Below are positions 17,395 through 25,747 of a stretch of DNA of 44,697 bases, in pieces. Position numbers and translations under genes: made by a program. Below the pieces are notes generated by a model, which was given only the letters and a program-made list of their open reading frames with translations, was not told where the DNA came from and made no database searches. Position 1 is the first letter of the stretch. Each line of letters starts with the position of its first letter. This stretch comes from a virus (taxonomy: Duplodnaviria; Caudoviricetes): the IMG/VR virus record IMGVR_UViG_3300038675_000499, positions 1-44,697 of that record, one strand, 5' to 3'.

Positions 17395-18326
17395 TCTGGA
17401 CGCCAGATGGGCCTATGGGCGAACGCACCCCGGGGCGACCGGTGGCGATGTACTCCTACGTCACCAGGACTGTGGAGCAGGGTGGATGGTCCGGAGTCTG
17501 CCGGTTCGACCAGATGCTCCACCGGGCATTCCCGGGAATCATTTCCATCACCCGGCCGCCCACCGATTCGATGATCACATTTTCCGACGGGCGTCCGGTC
17601 GAGATCGAGCCCGGGGACGTCGTCATCACCGACAACCACCTGTCGCTCGACCTGCCCGACCGGGCGGTGGTGGTCGTGGTGCACCACGGCTGCGCGGCCA
17701 CCCACTACGAGCGGGACATGGCCTGGCGCCGGACTGGCAACAGGGAGATGGTGATGCAGCAGAAGGCGATGCTCAGTCGCCATGGCCGGCGCTGGGTCGG
17801 CCCCTCGAGCTGGGTGCTCGACGAGTTCAGCCGCTGGAATCCGGACTGGATGAGGGGAATGTACATGATCCCCCACTGGGTGGATCCGATCGCCCCCCGG
17901 CCGAAACCGGGAAAGCCGATCGTGATCGGAGACTGGCGCGACAACAACAAGGGCGCCCTGATCTGGCAGCGGCTCGCTGTGGCCTGCCCGGAACTCGAGT
18001 TCCGGCCGCTCGATTTCAAGGATGACGCCGGGCGCCGGCGCCAGTACGGGGAAGCGTCCCTGTACCTGTGCCTGTCGCTGTCGGAGGGGGGATCCTACGC
18101 GATGTGCGACGCCGAGGCGGCGGGGCTCCCCATCGTGACCACCGACGTGGGCAACTACCGGGAGTTTTCCGACTGCTTCGAGTTCGGCTGGCAGCACCGC
18201 GGCAACATCGACCTGGTCGCCGACGCGATCCGGACCAAGCTCGAGATCGGCAGGGAGAAGCCGTCCTACTACGCGACCTACACGTTCGAGGATTGGCAGG
18301 CGGCATGGAGGGAAGTATGCGAGTAG
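17391..18326 (+). CDS. GT4-like (GT-B) glycosyltransferase
   Basis: LYLCLSLSEGGSYAMCDAEAAGLPIVTTDVG (EX7E-type motif); GTG start. Confidence 0.8.
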   Translation: MIWTPDGPMGERTPGRPVAMYSYVTRTVEQGGWSGVCRFDQMLHRAFPGIISITRPPTDSMITFSDGRPVEIEPGDVVITDNHLSLDLPDRAVVVVVHHGCAATHYERDMAWRRTGNREMVMQQKAMLSRHGRRWVGPSSWVLDEFSRWNPDWMRGMYMIPHWVDPIAPRPKPGKPIVIGDWRDNNKGALIWQRLAVACPELEFRPLDFKDDAGRRRQYGEASLYLCLSLSEGGSYAMCDAEAAGLPIVTTDVGNYREFSDCFEFGWQHRGNIDLVADAIRTKLEIGREKPSYYATYTFEDWQAAWREVCE

Positions 18327-19156
18327 CGGTGGGCCTAGCGTCCGGGATCGGCAACGTCTGCCTGATGATGCCGACGATCAAGGCGATCCATGACGCCGGC
18401 TTCGAGACCATCCTCGAGGCGCAGACCGATTTCGATATGCTCGACCTGCTCCACCGCTGCAGGTATGCCGACGAGGTTCGGTTCGCGCGCTCGCTCCAGG
18501 ATGACGCCCTGCGCGTCTGCGGGATGTGGCGCCCGGCCGTCTGGCACTCCGACCGGAGCGTTTTCCACTCCCGCTGCCTGCCCCCCTACCCCCGGCCGGA
18601 GTACGTGACGAATTTCGAGGTGGCCCGGTACCTGGCGATCCCCGGGGACATTCCGGACGCCTCCGACTGGTGCCGTGACCTGGACCGCACCGTGCGCTGG
18701 GACGTGGGGATCATTCCGGGGTGCAAGGGCGGCGCCTGGCTGCGCAAGCGCCTGCCTGTGCTGGCCCTGGTGGCGGAGCAGCTGATCGCCCTGGGCTACC
18801 GGGTCGCGGTGTTCGGAATGCCGAGCGACGGCATCGCCGAGATCCCGGGGGAGAAGATTTCCGCCCCCCTGGTGGAGGCGCCCGACACCCTGGCCGGCTG
18901 CCGGATGGTGATCGGGACCGACTCGGGCCTGGCGCACCTGGCCAACTCCCTGGGGGTCCCGACGGTGATGGTGTTCACGGCGACCAGCTACACCAAGGCC
19001 CGCCCCCAGCACCAGCCCTACACGATCGTGCGGCGGGAGGACCTCCCCTGCAGCCCCTGCCACAGCCGCCCGGCCTGGCAGACCTGCACGAACTGGAAAT
19101 GCCGGGAGGTCCCGGCCGAAACGATCATCGCCGCGGCGATGCCGTACCTGGGATAA
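18317..19156 (+). CDS. GT9 (heptosyltransferase-like) glycosyltransferase
   Basis: GIGNVCLMMPTIKAI, VIGTDSGLAHLANSLGVPTVMVF, LPCSPC...C...C. Confidence 0.85.
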   Translation: MRVAVGLASGIGNVCLMMPTIKAIHDAGFETILEAQTDFDMLDLLHRCRYADEVRFARSLQDDALRVCGMWRPAVWHSDRSVFHSRCLPPYPRPEYVTNFEVARYLAIPGDIPDASDWCRDLDRTVRWDVGIIPGCKGGAWLRKRLPVLALVAEQLIALGYRVAVFGMPSDGIAEIPGEKISAPLVEAPDTLAGCRMVIGTDSGLAHLANSLGVPTVMVFTATSYTKARPQHQPYTIVRREDLPCSPCHSRPAWQTCTNWKCREVPAETIIAAAMPYLG

Positions 19157-19162
19157 GCCACC

Positions 19163-19507
19163 ATGCCCATGATTCTGCCGCACATCGGGGAAATGAAAGA
19201 GCGTATCGACATCCTGAATGTCACCGCCCCCTACAACCAGGAGCGCGTCGGGACGATCGTCTCGGTGGCGGCCGCGGGCCTGTGGGCGAAGATCGAGCCG
19301 CTTGGCGGGGACGTGGGGGTGGAGGCCATGAACCTCCAGACCTGCATCCAGGCTTACCGGGTCTGGATCCGCTATATCCAGGGGCTGGGGCCGTGGCAGC
19401 AGATCCGGTGGGGATCGCGGCGCCTGTCAATCGCCGGCCCCCTCGAGGAGATGGGGCGGCGCTTCATCCTGATCCACGCGGAAGAGCGCACGTCGAGGCA
19501 GATCTGA
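19163..19507 (+). CDS. Head closure protein (SPP1 gp16-like)
   Basis: IGEMKERIDIL...WAKIEPLGG...YRVWIRY. Confidence 0.75.
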   Translation: MPMILPHIGEMKERIDILNVTAPYNQERVGTIVSVAAAGLWAKIEPLGGDVGVEAMNLQTCIQAYRVWIRYIQGLGPWQQIRWGSRRLSIAGPLEEMGRRFILIHAEERTSRQI

Positions 19508-19533
19508 GCAGTAGATATCGATTGTGAAAGGGC

Positions 19534-19563
19534 AAGGGCCGGGGCGACTCGGCCCTTTTTTAT
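19534..19563 (+). terminator. Intrinsic terminator-like hairpin
   Basis: aagggccggg-GCGA-ctcggccctt (GNRA loop) followed by a T-tract. Confidence 0.7.
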
Positions 19564-19616
19564 GGCGCGATAGGGTAGCTCCCGAACGGAGGTGTTCCCG
19601 GCACCTCCTTCGCGCC
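19564..19616 (+). ncRNA. Candidate structured RNA leader (three-stem junction) upstream of the tail tube gene
   Basis: GGCGCGA/TCGCGCC closing stem enclosing GGG-TAGCT-CCC and GGAGGTGT-TCCCG-GCACCTCC hairpins. Confidence 0.4.
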
Positions 19617-19666
19617 TCCAGTCCGGGTCAAACCAGCGGGAGGTGATGTGATGAAAGGGACCTGAT

Positions 19667-20092
19667 ATGGGCGCTTCCGATGGAATGATCGGCTTGGATA
19701 CCGAAATCAAAATGGGTGATGGAAATTCACCCGAAGTTTTCACCCTCCTCCCTGAATGCAAGGACATCGATGGGCCGGAGATCACGCAGGAATTCGCTGA
19801 TTTCACACACATGCAGTCCCCGTCGGGCTACCGGGAACGGAAGCCCACGGTCAAATCCAACAGCCAGGTGACGTTCCGCTGCAACAAGTTGGCGGGCGAC
19901 ACGACGCAGGACGCTCTGATCACGGCGGCCAACGCCAACCCGGCCACGCTGAAAAACTTCACCATGACATACCCGGACGGCGACGTGATCTCGTTCGCCG
20001 CGTATCCGTCCGTCAAGTTCTCGTCTCCGATGCTGGGGGCCATGGAACTGAACGTGACGCTGTCGCTCGAGGGCGCGTGGTCCATTGCCTGA
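19667..20092 (+). CDS. Tail tube (major tail) protein
   Basis: MGDGNSPEVFT...DIDGPEI...DFTHMQSPSGYRE; position before the chaperone and tape measure genes. Confidence 0.85.
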   Translation: MGASDGMIGLDTEIKMGDGNSPEVFTLLPECKDIDGPEITQEFADFTHMQSPSGYRERKPTVKSNSQVTFRCNKLAGDTTQDALITAANANPATLKNFTMTYPDGDVISFAAYPSVKFSSPMLGAMELNVTLSLEGAWSIA

Positions 20093-20114
20093 CCGCCCGG
20101 GATAAAGGAGATCA

Positions 20115-20525
20115 ATGGATAGGCTTGAAATGAGGAAGAAGTTCTCCAGCAGGGTGGAGAAGATCCTGCTGGAGGAGTACGGCATCGAACTCCGGATCCG
20201 GCCGCTCAGCGCACTGGAGAGGGCCAAAACCCTCGACAAGTACCGGGAGCTGAGCAAGCCGGGGACGGACGGCCCCGCCACATTCGAGGCGCTGACCAGG
20301 GACGCCCAGTGCTACATCGTCGCCCGCGGCCTCGTGGATGAGAACGGAGCCCAGATTTTCCGTGAGGCCGAGGAGGAGGCGGTGGCGGCCGAAATCCCGG
20401 GTGACGCCCTCGATCGGATCTGCAAGGGCATCATGCGCATCAGCGGGATGGATCGGGCTCCGGAGGATCAGGGAAAAAACTTGAATCCCACCCTGAGCGC
20501 CGGTTTCAGCTCCGCCTTGCAGTAG
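20115..20525 (+). CDS. Tail assembly chaperone (gpG-like)
   Basis: Position; IRPLSALER...LVDENGAQIF; slippery site near the 3' end. Confidence 0.85.
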   Translation: MDRLEMRKKFSSRVEKILLEEYGIELRIRPLSALERAKTLDKYRELSKPGTDGPATFEALTRDAQCYIVARGLVDENGAQIFREAEEEAVAAEIPGDALDRICKGIMRISGMDRAPEDQGKNLNPTLSAGFSSALQ

Positions 20526-20752
20526 CGTTCAGACGGTGGGACGTCGACGATTTTCTCGATGAGATGCCGGCGGATCAGTATCTCGAGTGGTTTGCCTTCG
20601 ACGCCCTCGAGCCGCTGGATCCCGCCGGGGCCATCCTCCGCGGCCTGACAAAATCAAAGCCGCGCGGACCCACATCATGGCAGGTCCAAAAGCAGCAACT
20701 CCTCCAGCACCTCTCCCTTTTCGGGAAGAAAAAGAAAAATGGCAAGCAATGA
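20471..20752 (+). CDS. -1 programmed frameshift extension of the tail chaperone (gpGT-like)
   Basis: G GGA AAA AAC at 20471-20480; the -1 frame reads KKLESHPERRFQLRLA...FLDEMPADQYLEWFAFDALEP to the stop at 20752. Confidence 0.85.
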   Translation, partial: GKKLESHPERRFQLRLAVAFRRWDVDDFLDEMPADQYLEWFAFDALEPLDPAGAILRGLTKSKPRGPTSWQVQKQQLLQHLSLFGKKKKNGKQ

Positions 20753-21260
20753 TGCCTTTCAGGCGCTGCGCGATCTGCTCGCGGAGACCGCTATAGAGGC
20801 CATACCCGCCGCCGAAGTGGCCGCCGCCCGGGTATTCAGAGACGCCGCCCGGGCGGCAGCGCCCGTGCAGACCGTCGTCAACTCCAGGGTCGGGGTGATG
20901 TACGACAGTGGCCAGCTAAAACGCAGTATCTCCATCATCGAGGGCAAGGATAGATCCCAGCTTTTCGTCACTCCTGAAATGGGGCCGTCTCCCCGCCGGC
21001 GGCGCCTGTTCGTCGGTCCCGAAAAGAAGAAGGGGTACTACGGGTTCTTCCTCGAGAAGGGTCACAAAACCGCAGGATCCAAGCGTGTAAAGCGTAAATC
21101 CACGTCAACCACTCACAGCCAGGCCGGGGTGGAAACCGGCCGCACCGTGCCGGCCCAGCCGTGGTTCGGCCCTGCTATCAAGGGCGCCGAGTCCGCCGCT
21201 CTCGCCGCGGCTGAGCGGGCGTTTGAGCGTTATCTCCGCATGTTGGATTCCAGGAAATAG
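20739..21260 (+). CDS. HK97 gp10-like tail completion/neck protein
   Basis: ARAAAPV...SGQLKRSI...YYGFFLEKGH...PAQPWFGPA. Confidence 0.8.
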   Translation: MASNDAFQALRDLLAETAIEAIPAAEVAAARVFRDAARAAAPVQTVVNSRVGVMYDSGQLKRSISIIEGKDRSQLFVTPEMGPSPRRRRLFVGPEKKKGYYGFFLEKGHKTAGSKRVKRKSTSTTHSQAGVETGRTVPAQPWFGPAIKGAESAALAAAERAFERYLRMLDSRK

Positions 21261-21262
21261 CC

Positions 21263-24200
21263 ATGGCCATCTCCCGATTATTCGTTGAAATAGGGAAAGA
21301 CGTAGACCGGCTGAATCAGTCGCTGCGCGAGAGCATGCGGGCGGCGGAGGAGGCGGGCGTCAAGGTGACGTCGACTGGTCAGCGGATGCTATCCAGTTTC
21401 GAGCGGGCGCTGAATCCAACCAAGGAATTGGGGGAGCAGATCCAGCTGCTGGAGAAGGCGGGGAAATCCTCGGCCGACATCTGGGCGGTGTACGAAAACC
21501 GCATCAAGGAGGCGGCCGAGGCGCAACAGAAGATGGGCACGGCCATCGATCCGACAGTGCAGCGGCTGCTCGATCAGAACGTGCAGGTCGAACGCAACGC
21601 TATCAACTGGAAAAACCTCAGCACCCAGCTGACGTCGGTCGGCAACCACATGTCCAGCATCGGCCGCAGCATGTCGATGGGGATTACCGTCCCGATCACT
21701 GCCGCCGCGGCTGCGGTCTTCAAATTCGGCAGCGATTTCGAGACAGCGTTTGCCGGGGTGGAAAAGACCGTAGACGCGACCCGCGAGGAACTCGACCGCC
21801 TCAGCGTCGGGATAAGAGCGATGTCGACCGAGATCCCGGTTGCCGCCCGGGAGATCGCCGGAATCGCGGCGGCTGCCGGCCAACTGGGCATCGAAACGGA
21901 GAACATCCTCGGGTTCAGCCGGGTAATGGCCGACCTGGGCGTGGCTACCAACATGGCGGCGGAGGAGGCGGCGACATCTCTGGCGCGCCTGGCCAACGTC
22001 ACCCAGATGCCGCAGCAATCATTCGACCGCCTGGGGTCGACGATTGTTGAGCTTGGCAATAATCTCGCCACCACGGAATCGGAAATCGTGGCGATGAGCC
22101 TGCGCCTGGCTGGCGCCGGCACACAGATCGGGATGAGCGAGGCGCAGATTCTATCCTTCGCCGCGGCTCTGTCCTCGGTGGGCATCGAAGCTGAGGCCGG
22201 CGGATCCGCCATGTCCAAGCTGTTTATCCAGATCGCCAGCGACGTCGCAACGACTGGAGGGAATCTCACCACGTTTGCCCGGGTATCAGGGATGACGGTG
22301 GAACAGTTCCGGCAGGCGTTCCAGGAGGATGCCGCGGGGGCGATTACGGCATTTATTTCCGGGCTGGGGCGGATAAACGAATCGGGTGGAAACACCCTGG
22401 CCATCCTGGCGGAGCTGGGCATCACCGAGGTACGGATGCGAGACGCCATGTTGAGGACCTCGGGCGCCGGAGACCTCCTCACAAAATCGCTGAAGCTCGG
22501 AGCCGAGGCGTGGAAGGAAAACAACGCGCTCACGAAGGAGGCGGACAAGTTCTACTCCACCACGGCCAACCAGCTCAAGATGCTGGCGAACAGATTGATG
22601 GACGCGGGGCTCACCATTTACCAGGCGCTGAAGCCAGCAATTGATGCCGCGATCCGCCTTTTCGAGGATTTCGCGGAGAAGGTGAAGGTAGCCGCCGACC
22701 TGTTCGCTGAGCTGCCGACATCCATGCAGACGACCATCGTGGCAATCACCGGCCTCGCCGCGGCGGCAGGGCCCACCCTGATCGTCCTGGGCTCGCTGAC
22801 CAGGGCGGTGGCAACCATGGCAACGGTGATTCCTGCTGCCTCGGCGGCGATCAACGGGAGCGCAGGTCTGACTATGGCGGTAAGGAGTCTGGGTGCCGCC
22901 GGGGCCGCCACGGCCGCCATCTTCGCCGGCTGGCAGATCGCGGAATGGATCGACAAGCTCGACCTGTTCGGCCGCCGGGCGGCTGTGGCTGAGGACCAGA
23001 TAATCAAGCAGGCGGCAGCCTACCGGACGCAGGCGATTGAAATCGGGGCTGTTCGGGAGGCCATGGCGAAATACCAGGAGCTGTTCGACAAGGGGGCCAT
23101 TACCGAGGGGACGATGCGGAATATTTTCGCGGACCTCACTGATCAGCGGCCGACCGAAACGCTGGAGCAGTACCGCGACCGCATGAAGGAAATGGTGGAG
23201 CAATACGAGGCGGCGCACAAGAAGGCGGCGGAAACCCACCAGGAGATTGCCCACGGCGGCGGCGTGATTGAACAGTATCGTAATTCCCTCGAGGCGCTCA
23301 AAGCGACTTTCAACGGATTCCTGGAAAACGACGTCACCCGGGCGCTGGGGATGCAGGGCCCGCCGTCGCTGCCGGCCCGGCCGGACGTGACGATCGCCCA
23401 GACCCGCACGGCGGTGGACGAATCGTTCTCGGCTGAGCTGGAGCGGGCGTCGGCCGAGATGCAGAAGCTCGCCCTGGAGGCGGACGATTACTGGAGCTAC
23501 CTGCGGGACATGGGGGCGCAGGTCGTGGCCGACACCGCAATGGACGTGCAGCAGCTGACGGAAATGATGGGGGAGGAGGGCCGGAGGGCCATCGACATCT
23601 ACCTCGAGCAGGCCCGGGAGGCTCTCGCAGAGGGGACGGGCGGTTTCAACGAGATCGCGGCCACCGCATTGGGCGGCTACCTGTCCGACTATGAGAACGT
23701 CCTGACCGGAGTGGCGGACAGTTTCGGCAATTTCTTCGACTACCTGGCCGACGGATTCGCTCGGGCGATCGCGTTCAGTGACGATTTCGGGGAGGCGCTC
23801 GAGGACATCGGCCGTAATGCCGTCGGGGTGCTGATTGCCTCCCTGGTCCGCCTGGGCATCCAGTGGGCTCTGAACAAAGCGCTCATGTCCTCCGCCGACA
23901 AGGGGATCCTGGCGGCGAATGCGGCGCAGGCGGCGGCGACAGCGACGGCCTGGGCGCCGGCGGCCGCCCTGGTGTCCCTGGCCACCCTGGGGGCGAATGC
24001 AGCCCCGGCCAATATAGCGATCGGGACCACCTCGGCCGTCTCCATGGGCGTGGCAGCCATGTCTCGCCTCGGAGGATTCCAGGAGGGAGGGTTCACCGGC
24101 TGGGGGAGCCCGGACCAGGTGGCGGGGTTCGTCCATGGCCAGGAGTTCGTCATGGACGCCGACGTGACGCGCAAATATCGCCCCCTCCTCGAGGCGCTCA

Positions 24201-24487
24201 ACGCCGGCCAGGTCCCGGAGGAGCGGAGCATTGACCGCAATGGAGCCTTTGACCTGGGCGCCCTCGCCAGCCCGCAGATTCAGGTGAGCATCCAGAACTA
24301 CGGTACGTCGAAAGCATTCGACGTGCAGCTCGACGAGGGGACCGTCCGGATTATCGCCCGGGACGAGGCCCTCAGCGTGCTCACCCAGCGGGGCCCTGAG
24401 GTGATCGCCGCCGACCTGGCCTACGCCAACAGCCGGACATCCAAGGCGATCTCCCGGCATACCACTGCACGGAGGGGGGATAGATGA
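21263..24487 (+). CDS. Tape measure protein (TP901 family core)
   Basis: 1074 aa, Ala-rich; FETAFAGVEKTV, RLGSTIVELGNNLATTESEI, GIEAEAGGSA; GFVHGQEFVM near the C-terminus. Confidence 0.95.
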   Translation: MAISRLFVEIGKDVDRLNQSLRESMRAAEEAGVKVTSTGQRMLSSFERALNPTKELGEQIQLLEKAGKSSADIWAVYENRIKEAAEAQQKMGTAIDPTVQRLLDQNVQVERNAINWKNLSTQLTSVGNHMSSIGRSMSMGITVPITAAAAAVFKFGSDFETAFAGVEKTVDATREELDRLSVGIRAMSTEIPVAAREIAGIAAAAGQLGIETENILGFSRVMADLGVATNMAAEEAATSLARLANVTQMPQQSFDRLGSTIVELGNNLATTESEIVAMSLRLAGAGTQIGMSEAQILSFAAALSSVGIEAEAGGSAMSKLFIQIASDVATTGGNLTTFARVSGMTVEQFRQAFQEDAAGAITAFISGLGRINESGGNTLAILAELGITEVRMRDAMLRTSGAGDLLTKSLKLGAEAWKENNALTKEADKFYSTTANQLKMLANRLMDAGLTIYQALKPAIDAAIRLFEDFAEKVKVAADLFAELPTSMQTTIVAITGLAAAAGPTLIVLGSLTRAVATMATVIPAASAAINGSAGLTMAVRSLGAAGAATAAIFAGWQIAEWIDKLDLFGRRAAVAEDQIIKQAAAYRTQAIEIGAVREAMAKYQELFDKGAITEGTMRNIFADLTDQRPTETLEQYRDRMKEMVEQYEAAHKKAAETHQEIAHGGGVIEQYRNSLEALKATFNGFLENDVTRALGMQGPPSLPARPDVTIAQTRTAVDESFSAELERASAEMQKLALEADDYWSYLRDMGAQVVADTAMDVQQLTEMMGEEGRRAIDIYLEQAREALAEGTGGFNEIAATALGGYLSDYENVLTGVADSFGNFFDYLADGFARAIAFSDDFGEALEDIGRNAVGVLIASLVRLGIQWALNKALMSSADKGILAANAAQAAATATAWAPAAALVSLATLGANAAPANIAIGTTSAVSMGVAAMSRLGGFQEGGFTGWGSPDQVAGFVHGQEFVMDADVTRKYRPLLEALNAGQVPEERSIDRNGAFDLGALASPQIQVSIQNYGTSKAFDVQLDEGTVRIIARDEALSVLTQRGPEVIAADLAYANSRTSKAISRHTTARRGDR

Positions 24488-24882
24488 CCAAGCTCCTCGT
24501 CAACCCCACCCTCACCGGGTACGGGGTCCAGTTCGGTGAAAACGTGATCCGCACCCAGCTCGATGGTGGCGCCGGCAGGTACCGCCTGGACAAAATAGGC
24601 GCGAGCCACGAGGCGCGGGTCCAGTGGACGCTCGAGGCGCAGGGGTACAACTACCTGATGGCGTTCTACCGCACCGAGATCGATTACGGCTCCCTGCCAT
24701 TCACCATTGACCTCCGGGCGGCGGATGAGTCCGATCTCGGCACCTACACCGCCAGGATCCTCCCGGGATCCTTGGCCATGTCGGGCTACCTGGGGAACCT
24801 TTACCGGGTCCAGGCGACGCTTGAGCTGACCCCACGCACGATCTCAGGCGACGAAGCCACCATCAGCGGAGGCCCGGAGTGA
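24484..24882 (+). CDS. Distal tail protein (gpM-like position)
   Basis: Follows the tape measure; VIRTQLDGGAGRYR. Confidence 0.7.
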   Translation: MTKLLVNPTLTGYGVQFGENVIRTQLDGGAGRYRLDKIGASHEARVQWTLEAQGYNYLMAFYRTEIDYGSLPFTIDLRAADESDLGTYTARILPGSLAMSGYLGNLYRVQATLELTPRTISGDEATISGGPE

Positions 24883-25379
24883 GCGAATATTCGGAATTCT
24901 TCCTGAACGCCGGGTCCAACGTGGCCGAGCTCGAGCTGATCGAGATCTCGCACCCAAATTTCACGCAGACGTATTTCTTGGTGCGCAACGCCATCAACGG
25001 GGTGACGGTGACGCTCGAGGACGCATCCTCCCAGGCGTTCCAGTACTACCCCCTGCAGATCACAGCGCTCGGATCCGGGAACGATCTGGACCAGGCGCTC
25101 AAGATCCAGCTGGGGGACCTGGGGGAGGTGCTGCCGGCGGAGCTGGCCGCCGTCTACGCCGCCGACGGGTTCAGGACCCGACCCACCCTGAAATACCGCA
25201 CCTACCGCTCCGACGATCTGAGCGCGCCGCTCTATGGGCCGATCACCCTGGAGATCTCCCGGCTGGCGTTCGAGCGGTCCGGGGTGGCGTTCGAGGCGCA
25301 CGCCCCCAGACTGAATTCCACCGCCACGGGGGAGGTCTATACGACCAACCGGTTCCCGATGTTGAGAGGCTTCATCTAA
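24879..25379 (+). CDS. Minor tail protein (DUF1833/gpL-like)
   Basis: ELIEISHPNF...YRTYRSDDLSAP...RFPMLRGF. Confidence 0.75.
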   Translation: MSEYSEFFLNAGSNVAELELIEISHPNFTQTYFLVRNAINGVTVTLEDASSQAFQYYPLQITALGSGNDLDQALKIQLGDLGEVLPAELAAVYAADGFRTRPTLKYRTYRSDDLSAPLYGPITLEISRLAFERSGVAFEAHAPRLNSTATGEVYTTNRFPMLRGFI

Positions 25380-25747
25380 TGCCCCCCGCCGTGAGCATCG
25401 ACGCCTACCTGGACCGCGTCCCGCGCCCCGGCTACAACTGCCTGGACTTCACCCGGGAGGTCTGGACCGGTCTGTTCGGGGACGAGGACGTGCGCCGACG
25501 GCTCGATGAGCTCTGCGCCGGGGTCCACGCCGAGGACGGGCACGTGGTGCTGGGCCCGGTCCGGGGGTTCCGGCGGCTGGCCCGGCCGGAGAGCCCCTGC
25601 TTCGTGGTCATGCAGCGGAGCAAAACGCAGCCACATGTCGGGATTTTTTACAATGGCCGGATCCTGCACATGAAGGAAACCGGGGTGGAGTACCAGCCCC
25701 TGCAGGTGGCGCAACGCTATTTCACAAAGATCGGATTCTACCGGTGA
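25379..25747 (+). CDS. NlpC/P60-like tail assembly protein (gpK-like)
   Basis: YNCLDF...HVGIF...ILH catalytic pattern. Confidence 0.75.
   Translation: MPPAVSIDAYLDRVPRPGYNCLDFTREVWTGLFGDEDVRRRLDELCAGVHAEDGHVVLGPVRGFRRLARPESPCFVVMQRSKTQPHVGIFYNGRILHMKETGVEYQPLQVAQRYFTKIGFYR

Noticed and set aside
9762-24460. Long minus-strand ORFs (e.g. 9762-11363, 12189-13832, 13837-15378, 22286-24460)
   Set aside because: Antisense shadows of GC-rich structural genes with no recognisable motifs.
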